Positions 1-12,920 of a DNA stretch of 64,000 bases are shown here, in pieces (positions within the stretch are counted from its first letter, which is position 1; each line of letters begins with the position of its first letter). The stretch is from Tubulanus polymorphus (taxonomy: Eukaryota > Animalia > Nemertea). Under the pieces are notes generated by a model. The model was not told the DNA's origin and made no database searches. It saw only the letters and a list, made by a program, of their open reading frames with translations. The stretch spans positions 1 through 64,000 of the forward strand of contig NW_027437462.1 of the NCBI RefSeq assembly GCF_964204645.1, written 5' to 3'. The position numbers were made by a program, and so were the translations under genes.

Positions 1-3000
1 TCAATACGCCTTTACTCATCTGTTCAGATTGAATCCATCATCTTCAGAACCAAAAGCAGCCAGAAAATTCTGTTTCTTTCCACCTATCTATTTGAAATCA
101 GTTCAATACGCCTTTAATCATCTTTTCAGATTGAATCCATCATCTTCAGAACCAAAAGCAGCCAGAAAATTCTTATTCTTTCCACCTATCTATTTGAAAT
201 CAGTTCAATACACCCAAACCCATCAATTAAGATAGAATTCATCATCTTCAGAACCATATTTAGCTAGAAAAATCTGTATCTTTCAACCCATCTACTCGAA
301 ATAAGTTCAGTTTACCTTAACCTATCATTTCGGATCGAGTCTATCATCTTCAGAACCAAATGCAGCCAGAAAATTCTGATTCTTTCCACCTATCTATTTG
401 AAATCAGTTCAATACGCCTTAACCCATCTTTTCAGATTGAATCCATCATCTTCAGAACCAAAAGCAGCCAGAAAACTCTGATTCTTTCCACCTATCTATT
501 TTAAATCAGTTCAATAAGCCTTAACCCATCTTTTCAGATTGAATCCATCATCTTTATAACCAAAAGCAGCCAGAAAATTCTGTTTCTTTCCACCTATCTA
601 TTTGAAATCAGTTCAATACGCCTTTACTCATCTTTTCAGATTGAATCCATCATCTTTTGAACCAAAAGCAGCCAGAAAATTCTGTTTCTTTCCACCTATC
701 TTTTTGAAATCAGTTCAATACGTCTTTACTCATCTTTTCAGATTGAATCCATCATCTTTATAACCAAAAGCAGCCAGAAAATTCTGTTTCTTTCCACCTA
801 TCTATTTGAAATCAGTTCAATACGCCTTTACTCATCTTTTCAGATTGAATCCATCATCTTTTGAACCAAAAGCAGCCAGAAAATTCTGTTTCTTTCCACC
901 TATCTATTTGAAATCAGTTCAATACGTCTTTACTCATCTTTTCAGATTGAATCCATCATCTTTAGAACCAAAAGCAGCCAGAAAATTCTGTTTCTTTCCA
1001 CCTATCTATTTGAAATCAGTTCAATACGCCTTTAATCATCTTTTCAGATTGAATCCATCATCTTCAGAACCAAAAGCAGCCAGAAAATTCTTATTCTTTC
1101 CACCTATCTATTTGAAATCAGTTCAATACACCCAAACCCATCAATTAAGATAGAATTCATCATCTTCAGAACCATATTTAGCTAGAAAAATCTGTATCTT
1201 TCAACCCATCTACTCGAAATAAGTTCAGTTTACCTTAACCTATCATTTCGGATCGAGTCTATCATCTTGAGAACCAAATGCAGCCAGAAAATTCTGATTC
1301 TTTCCACCTATCTATTTGAAATCAGTTCAATACGCCTTTACTCATCTTTTCAGATTGAATCCATCATCTTCAGAACCAAAAGCAGCCAGAAAATTCTGAT
1401 TCTTTCAACCTATCTATTTGAAATCAGTTCAATACGCCTTAACCCATCTTTTCACATTGATCCATCATCTTTAGAAACAAAAGCAGCCAGAAAATTCTGT
1501 TTTTTTCCACCTATCTATTTGAAATCAGTTCAATACGCCTAAACCCATCTTTTCAGATTGAATCCATCATCTTCAGAACCAAAAGCAGCCAGAAAATTCT
1601 GATTCTTTCCACCTATCTATTTGAAATCAGTTCAATACGCCTTTACTCATCTTTTCAGATTGAATCCATCATCTTTAGAACCAAAAGCAGCCAGAAAATT
1701 CTGTTTCTTTCCACCTATCTATTTGAAATCAGTTCAATACGCCTTTACTCATCTTTTCAGATTGAATCCATCAATTTCAGAAGCATAAGTAGCAAGAAAA
1801 TTCTGAATCTTTCCACCTATCTATTTGAAATCAGTTCAATATGCCTTTACTCATCTTTTCAGATTGAATCCATCATCTTCAGAACCAAAAGCAGCCAGAA
1901 AATTCTGATTCTTTTCACCTATCTATTTGAAATCAGTTCAATACACCCAAACCCATCAATTAAGATAGAATTCATCATCTTTAGAACCATATTTAGCTAG
2001 AAAAATCTGTATCTTTCAACCCATCTACTCGAAATAAGTTCAGTTTACCTTAACCTATCATTTCGGATCGAGTCTATCATCTTCAGAACCAAATGCAGCC
2101 AGAAAATTCTGATTCTTTGAACCTATCTATTTGAAATCAGTTCAATACGCCTTTACTCATCTTTTCAGATTGAATCCATCAATTTCAGAAGCATAAGTAG
2201 CAAGAAAATTCTGAATCTTTCAACCTATCTATTTGAAATCAGTTCAATACGCCTTTACTCATCTTTTCAGATTGAATCCATCATCTTCAGAACCAAAAGC
2301 AGCCAGAAAATTCTTATTCTTTCCACCTATATATTTGAAATCAGTGCAGTACATCCTAACCCATCAATAAAGATAGAATTCATCATCTTTAGAACCATAT
2401 TTAGCTAGAAAACTCTGTATCTTTCAACCCATCTACTCGAAATAAGATCAGTTTACCTTAACCTATCATTTCAGATCGAGTCTATCATCTTCAGAACCAA
2501 ATGCAGCCAGAAAATTCTGATTCTTTTCACCTATCTATTTGAAATCAGTTCAATACGCCTTAACCCATCTTTTCACATTGAATCCATCATCTTTAGAACC
2601 AAAAGCAGCCAGAAAATTCTGTTTCTTTCCACCTATCTATTTGAAATCAGTTCAATACGCCTTAACCCATCTTTTGAGATTTAATCCATCTTCTTCCAGA
2701 ACCAAAAGCATCCAGAAAAATCTGATTCTTTCAACCTATCTATTTGAAATCAGTTCAATACGCCTTAACCCATCTTTTGAGATTTAATCCATCTTCTTCC
2801 AGAACCAAAAGCATCCAGAAAATTCTGATTCTTTCTGCCAATCTATTGAAAATCAGTTCAGTACACCCTAACCCATCGATTAAGATAGAATTCATCATCT
2901 TTAGGACCATATTAAGCTAGAAAAATCTGTATCTTTCAGCCCATCTAACTGGAAATCAGTTCAGTTTACCTTATCCTATCATTTCAGATCGAGTCCATCA

Positions 3001-3130
3001 TCTTCAGTAGCATAAATAGCAAGAAAATTCTGAATCTTTCCACCTATCTATTTTAAATCAGTTCAATACGCCTTAACCCATCTTTTCAGATTGAATCCAT
3101 CAACTTCAGAAGCACAAGTAGCCAGAAAAC
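1..3130. repeat. 102-bp tandem satellite (~30 units, continues beyond the left edge) with a recurrent divergent sub-block
   Basis: Unit tcaatacgcctttactcatcttttcagattgaatccatcatcttcagaaccaaaagcagccagaaaattctg...gaaatcagt recurs every 102 bp (1, 103, ...). A divergent block 'cacccaaacccatcaattaagatagaattc...cggatcgagtc' recurs at ~211, 1129, 1944, 2352 and 2863. Confidence 0.95.
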
Positions 3131-5446
3131 AGCGCGACCAAAATCAGTAAATTAATTCAACCAAATAAACCAGAAACCCAGGTACCACAGGAATAGGACC
3201 CGACCGGGTGGGGCGGGTGCTGTCTGAACCTGAAACCAGTTGTACGTAAGTAAATGTCATTTGTATTTTATAAGAAGTAGAGTTCAACAGTTCAACTCTT
3301 CATCTTAATCAAATCACACTTAACTCACAAACTGTCAAACATTTTCAATCCAGTTCAATTGTAAATAAATGCAACTTTTATTGTCAAAAAGTTCCACTTG
3401 AAATTACAACTGCATTTTATATCAACAGCTGAAATTATGTTCTAATTCACAGATTTATCAAATAACTATTCTAACCTAACCTATATATTCGGCCTACCTA
3501 TTCGGGCTCGGGTTTAGGGGTTAGGGAGGGGGATACTGAAATAGAGACATGTTATACAGATCCCACCGGAATTCTTCAGTCACTCTGTCATCATCATTCA
3601 ACTTCAGGTTCAATCTTCTGTGACTAGGGGGTCTTGGTCTTCACACTGAAATAGAACATACAGGCCGCACCTGAATCGGGCCACTCTGTTGTGTGCTGGG
3701 GGTGAAGACACGTCCTCTGTGGCCTAGTCTTCTGGGGTCTTGTCTCAGCGATGACCCTGAAATTGTCATGTTTATTTCAAGTAAATTTTTTACATAATAG
3801 GCGTTGTCTAGTAAAGCAAAAGATTTAAAAAACCGAAATTCTGAAAAAAAGAAAAACACCTGAAAATAGAGAGAAACCCTGGAAAAAAGAAGCATGAAAT
3901 ACAGGATCCTGAAATTAAGATATTAAGCATCAAAATAAACAAACAGCTTCCTCCAACTGAGAACTCCCAGGACACCACGCATAGCACCCTAATTTCATCA
4001 CTTAAATTAACCCATTATATTTCCATGTAATACTATAACTTACTAACTCACCGAGTAAGTTCCTAATAACTAACTAAACCTATAAAACATAATTTCAGCT
4101 GTTAATGTTTTTCTAACTTACAGTTTATCCAATCCTGTGTGTGTTGAATCCAATGATAATCTTTGAGTCAATTTGAATCCTCGTGTTTTCAATAACGTGC
4201 CGGAATCCTGAATGAGAAATTTAGTTTCCAGTAACAGTTCACAGTTTTTGAGAACAGGTCATATTAATCGATTCCATTCACAATCAATCCGTATATATAT
4301 GTTCACAAGATGTAGGTATGTTAAAATGTCTGATTTTTACTGTAGACATGACGTGCGAGCACCTCTAAGTCCGACAGTCATATGAATAATGTACACTTGA
4401 CACCCAGATTTAATAATCTGTGCTGGACACAACGAACGACAAGAATGGTCGAACACAATGAAGCTTCATATTTCATACATCTAACTATTGGGTCACTGGT
4501 CATAATCCATCTTCGCTCTATAAACTGCGCGGCTCTGGTGAAATCAATCCATTCCGAACTGCATGAAGTATGTATCAGTATAAATCAGATACTATAGAAA
4601 TATCTTATAGCAATTGATTTAACTTGAAATTTGAATTTTAATGATTAATTTATATTTTCATGAGGCGTCGGCGCCGCCAACACCGGGTCCAGCTTCCAAA
4701 ACATCCTCATCAATGATTCGACGCATAATTAGTCATACTCGTCAGTGATTGGATACAAAGTTAGTTATACTCGTCGGTGTTTGGCTAACTGGTACAAAAT
4801 ATGAATATCTAAACTGGATGAAATCGTTTGAACGCGCATCACGTAGGCATTTGTATCGTATTGTCCCAGAACAATAAACAATGACATTTGACACATTTCA
4901 CGAGACTATAAATCATCTTCTTTACATCGTAAACTCAATGCAGGTCACTATACGCTAATCATTAACAATACAATATCAATATCATCTCAAACTGGACCGT
5001 TTTAATACTGAATGTATCTGTGTATGATTTTGTGACAGGTTCCTGCGTGATGAACTAATGCAACACCGCTATCGTAGTTTTATTAGTTGAAAATCATTTA
5101 ACTTGAATTTATTTCGAATGTCCAATTTAACCAATGTATAAACTTTAGATCAGTAAATTAATATGTGTAACAAATTTGTCGATCATACAACTTTAAGCTA
5201 ATCAAACCCTGGAAAACATAACGCAGTCTACAAATTGTCTCATTTTGTCATAACTGATTCATACTGAAACGAGTGAAACTAGTTCTGCAGTCTGCTATCT
5301 ACCCCTGATGCCAGTACAAATCCCTACTGCCCTCGACTTTTCTTTATATCAAGAATCAAACTAGTATAATGAGTTACTGTAAGAGCTGATCAGTGATTAT
5401 CAGCAAAATGAGATGTAGTTGATAATAGAGCGCGACCTCAAACACA

Positions 5447-5785
5447 GCTTACCCCGCCCTGTGTCTCTAATGCGGCACCGCTCTCTTACCCCGCCCTGTG
5501 TCTATAATGCGGCACCGCTCTCTTACCCCGCCCTGTGTCTCTAATGCGGCACCGCTCTCTTACCCCGCCCTGTGTCTCTAATGCGGCACCGCTCTCTTAC
5601 CCCGCCCTGTGTCTCCAATGCGGCACCGCTCTCTTACCCAGCCCTGTGTCTATAATGCGGCACCGCTCTCTTACCCCGCCCTGTGTCTCTAATGCGGCAC
5701 CGCTCTCTTACCCCGCCCTGTGTCTCTAATGCGGCACCGCTCTCTTACCCCGCCCTGTGTCTCTAATGCGGCACCGCTCTCTTAC
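5447..5785. repeat. 37-bp GC-rich minisatellite (~9 copies)
   Basis: cttaccccgccctgtgtctctaatgcggcaccgctct repeated head-to-tail. Confidence 0.95.
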
Positions 5786-6419
5786 TGAGTCTCTCTCAAA
5801 ATATTCCTCAGTTTAATTCCTATTATTTTATTCACGTAAATTCAACTCGTATAAACTATCAAACCGAAATAAAAACACAGTTCATCATCGTAACGCAGTT
5901 TGTTGTTTTACTGTTACGTAATTTGTATCAGTCAACTAGACACCCAGATTAATGAGGATGACTGAGGTTTTTTAAAGAGAAATATCGCGCAGAATTTATG
6001 CATAAAGCACTATATTGATTGTTGGGTCAAATTAAGTCCAGTCGCGAGTAAATTTAAGTTGCATTTTGTAACAAGCAAAGTTCAACCTTTACCTTACTTT
6101 CTAGATATAGTTCAAGAAAAACATATCCGTAAAATATAAAACAATAAATCCGTCGTTGATACAAAAAAACTTACTTTTCACAACTGCAACTTTTCCTCAG
6201 ATTCCGACGTGGATCCAGCGATTATCTAACTTCATCCAGTCCCACGTTTTAAAGTAAATTTAATTCCGTATGAAGTCTTAGAATTTTCATGAAATCCATT
6301 CGCAAAATGGCAATATTTCTATCAAATTTCGATTGAAAGTATTCCATATTTGCATTCAAAAACCTCCTCTAAAACACTTTCTCCGTATTATATTCCTTTC
6401 CGAGTGAAATCCAATCGTA

Positions 6420-6540
6420 ATAGCGAAAGATGGCGCACGATTCGACTGATATTACGATTTATTGATGAAATCGCATTTCCCGGCGCCTGCGACAAGCCCA
6501 GACACGCTTTATAGTACGCGGCCGCTGATTGGCTAATCGA
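6420..6540 (-). promoter_or_regulatory. Putative leftward Pol II promoter (TATA + CCAAT, CpG-rich)
   Basis: Minus-strand TATAAAG at 6507-6513, AGCCAATCAG at 6525-6534, YY1-like AAGATGGCG at ~6427, local CpG enrichment, and a minus-strand GTAAG donor at ~6174. No CDS identified. Confidence 0.35.
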
Positions 6541-8138
6541 TCTCAATTGGGGGATATCGTCTATTGCTAGTGCACGGGATATTTCAATTGTGGCGTGTTC
6601 TATTGTGTTGTTACAATAGGGGGATGAGCTATTGCGACAGCGGGATGCGGGATGGGCGCATTTGTTACATATCTCGTGAAATATCGAGTCGGGGGTTGTT
6701 TCATCCTTGATACTTAACTGATTGAGGTTTTAGGGGTGTTTATAAAAGTTTATGGTAGTTTTTTATGACATTCTGGAAGTCGGAACTTGAAGACGCCGAC
6801 TTCCCTCTCACTGGGCGAGTCTATGTTTGTGATCTCATTATAGAGACGGCGTCGTACACGAGACGATGTGACATAAAAACTGACTGAAGAAATCATATGG
6901 AGGGCATATAATTGTCTCGATAAACTATCGGGCGACGAACGTGCAGCGAACAGGTTCGTAGAGACTCCTTCGATACGATTAGGCGCTTAATACTGGTCTC
7001 ATGAGATACTGTTTACATCTACGTCACTTTGATAAATCGGGATTTGGTGTGAGACTCAAAGTTACTGATCAAATTACTCAAAACACGTCAACCTCCCCCT
7101 CGATGTGGCCTGATAATGACTCTTTTAAAAGAAAAATACAGATATCTTTTCTTAATCTATTTATAGACTGATTCTGAAGAAGAGGAGAACACAAATAACA
7201 GTTTTCATCATCATCATCATCATCTGTGCGGTCTGAAGTATCTAGAGGTCACCCGGACTCAACATTACCCCTTTCATATCATTCGAGGTCAAATTTCATA
7301 TTTCTGTCACAAATTTCTATGAAATATTTTGCTCAAATAAATTCATTCTCCTTGTCATTTCAATGAAAATAAGTGAAGTTATTCATTTCTTGGCTCTGTT
7401 TTGAGGAATTACTATTTTTCCAGACATCGGATCCAGAATTTCACCTTGCCATCACCATGACAACGCACCAGTCAAAACAAACAAAAATCATTCAGAAATG
7501 AAGCCATGTAGATTCTTAAATTTCGTTTAAAGTTATTTTACTTTGGTTGAGTAGATTCTGAATGATGCAAAGTTTACCAGAGACACTGGTTTTATCAAAT
7601 TCATCTCTGGAAGACAGTGCCAATCCTGGAAGGGTTTTAATAGTCGCTCAGATATTGTGTTACACTACATTCAGATCAAACCAACAGTTCAGACTCAATT
7701 TGAGAAATATTTTGTGTTTATCTAAAATCAATTTCACGTTTAATTTGACAATCAAGATATTAATTTCTAAATTTCCAATAGATGGCGTCTGTGATATACA
7801 GTTCAATCCAATAATTTGGTAGTTTAGCAGAATTCCAATAGGTGGCGATCATGTCGTAGTAACTATTCATCAGTATATATCAGACACCCTGGTTTATCAT
7901 CTGATCAGAATCACTGGGTTTGAATGGGACATCCCTCCAAATTCTCTAATCAGCATGAAACATCACCATTTAGAATCAATAATTCATTCATTTGACGCGC
8001 AGTCAATTTCAGGTGTAGACATGTCGCAGGTTTCAGTTATTGAGATCCTCCTCCATTAGACTGAAAATAAATCAAACAACATTCATTATAACATCATTAG
8101 AGCAATTAAAAAAAATCAAATCAAATATTCGAAATAAA

Positions 8139-9315
8139 CTAGGGGTCCAGGAACACCATGCCCGCTTGGGAAGTGGTTCCAAATGCTCAACAATCTAACA
8201 ATTTCAATATTCAACGCCCCCTGGTGACCATATACAAAAACCAATGACCTTGAAACTCACCAGAATCATAGATCATGTCAGCAGCTACGATTTTGTAATT
8301 GATTGTGATAACAAAATACGCCTCGTTACCAATTTAATATGGAAATACTAAGTTATTCTACTATTTAACGCCCCCTGGTGACCATATTCAAAACCCAATG
8401 ACCTAGAAACTTACCACAATCATAAAACATGTCATGAACTACAACTTTGCATTTGGTAACAAAATATGCTATTATTGCTAAAATATTAGAATAACTAATG
8501 TCCTTAAAACTCGCAACAATCATAGTGATGTCATGAGCTACAACTTTCCAATTGATTGTGGTTACAAAATATGCATAGGTACGAATATAATATAGAAATG
8601 CTAAGATATTGCATTATTCAACAGCCCGTGGTGGCCATATAAAAAATCCAATGACCTTGAAACTCACCACAATCATGGAACACGTTATGAGCTACAACTT
8701 TCTAAATGATTGTGGTATCAATATAATGTGGAAAAACTTTTTTCCACTTACGAATGAGAACTGGTGACACCAAGATGGCCACCAATTGCGTCATAATTGG
8801 CTGATGAAAAATACCTGTCTCAGGTTTAAAACATCCCTTTACAAAGAATACCCATCACAAATTGCAATGAGAAATGGTAAACCAGTAGGAAGGACTCAGA
8901 ATTCGGGCCATAATTAACATTTTTGGCCACTAAAAAGGTCATAGGACGGCCATCTTGAGTCTGATCGACGCAATTTTTGTTATGCTGATGGGCCCTGAGA
9001 TGATTCACATATATCCGAAAGATCAAGGTAATTGATCAAAGCGTCTTCAAAATTTCCCTCAAAAAGTTCAAAAATGTGTAAAAAGTGCTGATTTTGGCGA
9101 ACAACAATTGCTGCCAGTCGGCCATCTCGAATCTGACAGGGCCAGTTTTTGGGCTGAAGATGTGTATAGGGTAGATACATGTGTAACCGAAATATCAAGA
9201 CATTACCTTGAAGCGTCTTCAAAACTTCCCAAAATAACTGAATTCCGTCTACGGACGGACGACGGACGAAAAGTGAACGCAATAGCCCGCTGGGACTTAA
9301 GTCCCAAGTGGGCTA
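8139..9315 (-). mobile_element. Non-autonomous Helentron/Helitron2-type element (HINE/DINE-1-like)
   Basis: Absent from the paralogous sites at ~13046, 16777, 20508 and 22318 (empty sites visible). Minus-strand 5' end TTAGCCCACT-TGGGACTTAAGTCCCA-GCGGGCTA (subTIR + hairpin), followed by a (GTCC)-like microsatellite. 3' subTIR CAAGCGGGCA, a short hairpin and a CTAG|T terminus. Internal ~120-155-bp repeats at 8210-8720. Confidence 0.8.
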
Positions 9316-11412
9316 ATGAGAGTAACTAAACGAACCTGATCTGAACATCACCTTCTTTGAGTAGAATAAACAAATCTCTAGCGTTACGCCTACATCTGAA
9401 ATAATACAAAACACTGAAAATCATTATTTCTTCATCAGATAAAAAATGAAAACAGATTCAACAAGATTCAAAATGCTTTTAGTGCCAACAATTTTCAGTG
9501 TTACAATTTTTTTTAATTGGTTCAGACTCAGAGCAGGGAACACTATATGAATTTATTCCCACACCGTCTGAAATTACAGATTTCACAATGAAATTTGCAG
9601 CGTGTTCGTTGCTCAGCTGCAGGTGAATCGCACCATTCAAACATGTTTGATATTTCCAAAGTAAATTGAGCCGCAATCTTTGACAAGCTTTCAAATCATG
9701 ATGGCATCAATGATTTGAGAACGGCGCTGAAAACCTGCTTTGATTTTGGTTAACTCGGTTTTAAAACACCACAGTTTTTAACTTCGAAACTGCTTCTAAT
9801 GGTGTCGGTAGGCATCGCGTTGCTTGTCGACATAAGTCAGACTTAATCCTGCTTTCTCAGAGAACTGCTCTTCCTTCCCTTTTAGATTTTCCTAAATCTG
9901 CACCCGTACCTTCGCCGTGCCCTCCTCCAATTTTCCAGGGGATCCTCGTGATTCGTGAGATTGTAGTCGGGAAAATCTCTTACCTGTTTTGGAATCCGCT
10001 AGGTCCGGCAACCGCGCTTCCCGATAAACTACCGTTCAAACTGGAGCCAGCAATCGCTCTGTTACCGGCCGATTCGCGATCGCTCTCATCGCGGATTTTC
10101 CCGACTCGGTCGATGTGGCTTCCGCTAGCGCTAAGACTGCCAGTCATAGCCATAGACATCTCACCGATACTAGGTCCGGTACTGGGGTTCGCTACCCGGT
10201 CACTGGTCGTTTCTATACTGTGAGAATCAGCTACAACAAATATAAACATTCACTCATACTAGTACTGAACTAACTTAAATGACGTCATAGGGGGATATAT
10301 ATAGCAGCCACACCAGACAACATGGCTTTATCAGTCAATCCCCTTATGACATCATCAAATTATCTTTCTCTTAATGGCTAAAGTCCATTTATTTAGTTCA
10401 ATTTTCGAGAATATTCATCAATCCTTCTGAACAGTATAAAATTGATATAAAAACGATGATTTATCTGGACTGCACAACACTGCTGATTCGATTAAGACCT
10501 ATTTGAGGAATGCACACCAAAAATTAAGCGAAATATCCCAAAAAGATCGTGGACAATCAAAAATAAATAGACATTTAGTCTATACAAAACCTAGAAAAGT
10601 TGGTCACCTCCAATAAATCCCCCTATGACATCATCAAATTATCCCCTAAGATTCCTAGAAAGACAGCTGATTCCGGACCCTGCGCTATATGAAAAGTATG
10701 GTTTAAGTACTTACGGGCGTAAGGCCCCGATGGGCCACTTCCTTCGTTCTCTTCGAACTCAAATCGAACTCCGCCCGGAGTCAGTCGTCGATACGCCGCA
10801 ACCACCGCTGCGACACAGCGATATCGGTACCACGCCGTAAACATACGCCAATAATATCGGTACACCGATACCAACGGCTAAACTAGCGACAACTGGCGCT
10901 ACGATAACAGACGCAGTTACACCACCGGCTATTACCATATTCCTCTTGTGCTGTGGTAGGTGACCGTAACGTGTATGTAACTGAAACACAAGATAAACAC
11001 ATGAGAAATAGCATTTTTCATGGTTAAATTTGCAATAAAAATCTCGCGCAGGGTGGACGTAGGTTCCAATTTCCGGTTCTGACTAGTGCCATCAAGCGAG
11101 TAATTTCAGAACTTGAATTTGTCGATCTCCTGTATTTCACCCGATAAGCCTTATCATATGTCCTTGTCATTACGGTTAAATGACAGTAACCACTTGATAC
11201 AGTTTATGCGCAGTATTTAGAACTAGGATTTTGACAAAACAAATCAATAAGGATTTATTACTTCTAAGTGTTGGTTATTCAACGTCACTCTGTGAATTCA
11301 ATTCGAATACAGTCTATATTAAATCCCAGTTTTTGGCTATATTCAATTATTGCAAAACTGGGATTGGCATTGACAATCCCAGTTTTTTGGGTAGTTTTAC
11401 TTTGACACTGGA

Positions 11413-11568
11413 CCCAGTTTCACAGTTGTGTGGGTTTAATTGAGACTCTGGATCCAGTTCCACAGTTGTGTGGGTTTAATTTGATCCAGTTCCACAGTTG
11501 TGTGGGTTTAATTTGATCCAGTTCCACAGTTGTGTGGGTCTAATTGAGACTCTGGATCCAGTTCCACA
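11413..11568. repeat. ~32-41-bp minisatellite in an RNF19 intron (also 15144-15299, 18875-19030)
   Basis: gatccagttccacagttgtgtgggtttaatt repeated. Confidence 0.85.
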
Positions 11569-11619
11569 TTGCAATGATATCCCATAATCACTAGGGCTAG
11601 TGTGGCCAGTTTGTTTACA

Positions 11620-11963
11620 TCAGGTGACCAGCTCCAGCCAATCAGAAGCTAGGGTTAGGGTTATTGACCATGTGCTTGGGGCTATTTGCATATATCAGGT
11701 GACCAGCTCCAGCCAATCAGAAGCTAGGGTTAGGGTTAGTGACCATGTGCTTGGGGCTATTTGCATCTATCAGGTGACCAGCTCCAACCAATCAGAAGCT
11801 AGGGTTAGGGTAAGTGACCATGTGCTTGGGGCTATTTGCATATATCAGGTGACCAGCTCCAGCCAATCAGAAGCTAGGGTTAGGGTTAGTGACCATGTGC
11901 TTTGGGCTATTTGCATATATCAGGTGACCAGCTCCAGCCAATCAGAAGCTAGGGTTAGGGTTA
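11620..11963. repeat. 75-bp minisatellite containing TTAGGG, CCAAT, octamer and E-box motifs (also 15351-15694, 19082-19425)
   Basis: caggtgaccagctccagccaatcagaagctagggttagggttagtgaccatgtgcttggggctatttgcatatat starts at 11621, 11696, 11771, 11846 and 11921. Confidence 0.95.
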
Positions 11964-12776
11964 TAACTGTTCCTAGGTGTAGAGGAGGTGTTTACATATA
12001 GTGACATCAGTTGACAGCCTCCTATAGTCAGTCAATTATAGATCTACAATTGACTTTGTTTTGAGTTAAACAGTTGTGTGGGTTTAATTTCAACATGAAA
12101 GGACATTTCAAAGGACATAATAATATCTGTAATGAGGCATTCAATGAATGAACATTTTGAATCCCAGTTCATCTGTTTGGGTTAAATTCCTTTAGTTCAA
12201 CAATTTAATCAAATTGAAAAACTGTAGTCAGAAAGCTGACCTACCACACATATTAAGCTATCATTTTATGTCTCACGTGGTCAGCCTGTGTGATAGGCCT
12301 AACATATAAAAGACTTTCAGTTATGTGTCCATGCGTATATGTTCTCGGAATTCAGACCAAAAATGACCTTTTGGGCACGAGGCCCTTGTGACTCTTGTGG
12401 AAATATAATAATGATCACTAAATTGAGATTCTCACAGACAGACGGCAGATGGATTCCTAATATTAGTCGATAATTTACCTTGCGTCTGACCCAGACGGGA
12501 ATCCCTATGATCATCGCGGGAACTGCGATTCCAGCGACAGTCCGATACTGACCGGAGCGCCAACTAACGTGCCAAGTTGCCACAATATCTTCTTCTTTCG
12601 GCTCCAAGACTTTTTACTTTAATTATTACTCAATTTCTAAGGACTTATAAACCTTTATCATCGATTAAAAGCCGAGCTCGGGTTTACAAGGAAGGACCAT
12701 AAATATCAATGGATTCATTCTATCACTTGCAACCATTTGATTCAGAGCTCTGACAACTAGAGAATCGCCATGTGTG

Positions 12777-12920
12777 CAGGGGCCAGTTGCATAGTCATGG
12801 CTTAGACTTAAGACTAGTCTAAGACCAACTTAGTTCTATAGCTAATCTAACAACTTAAGACCAGTCACAAGATTTAAGACCACTTTTGGACTTAAGTCAC
12901 GACTGTGCAGCTGGCCCCTG
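12777..12920. mobile_element. 144-bp MITE (PIF/Harbinger-like ends), copy 1
   Basis: ~29-bp imperfect TIR caggggccagttgcatagtcatggcttag / ttaagtcacgactgtgcagctggcccctg, with CWG at both termini. Confidence 0.75.

Larger units (their letters stand above)
9984..12619 (-). pseudogene. RNF19: RNF19 (Dorfin-type RBR E3 ligase) three-exon fragment, copy 1
   Basis: Exons 12619-12479 ([35 protein letters not shown]), 10980-10715 ([45 protein letters not shown]) and 10230-9984 (PSIGE..TGSLSASGSH..SLSGSA) match the RNF19A/B transmembrane/C-terminal region. GT-AG introns are in phase. There are 1-nt frameshifts at ~12540 and ~10773, and no RING/IBR exons. Confidence 0.92.

Noticed and set aside
1-3130. 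Satellite as a 34-aa repeat protein, including a protein-like minus frame with TGA/TGG alternation (recoded stops)
   Set aside because: Stops occur at several positions, variants hit all codon positions and create new stops, and neighbouring genes use the standard code.
11600-12001. 133-aa repeat ORF (and its copies)
   Set aside because: Artefact of the 75-bp repeat; GTG start; antisense within an RNF19 intron.
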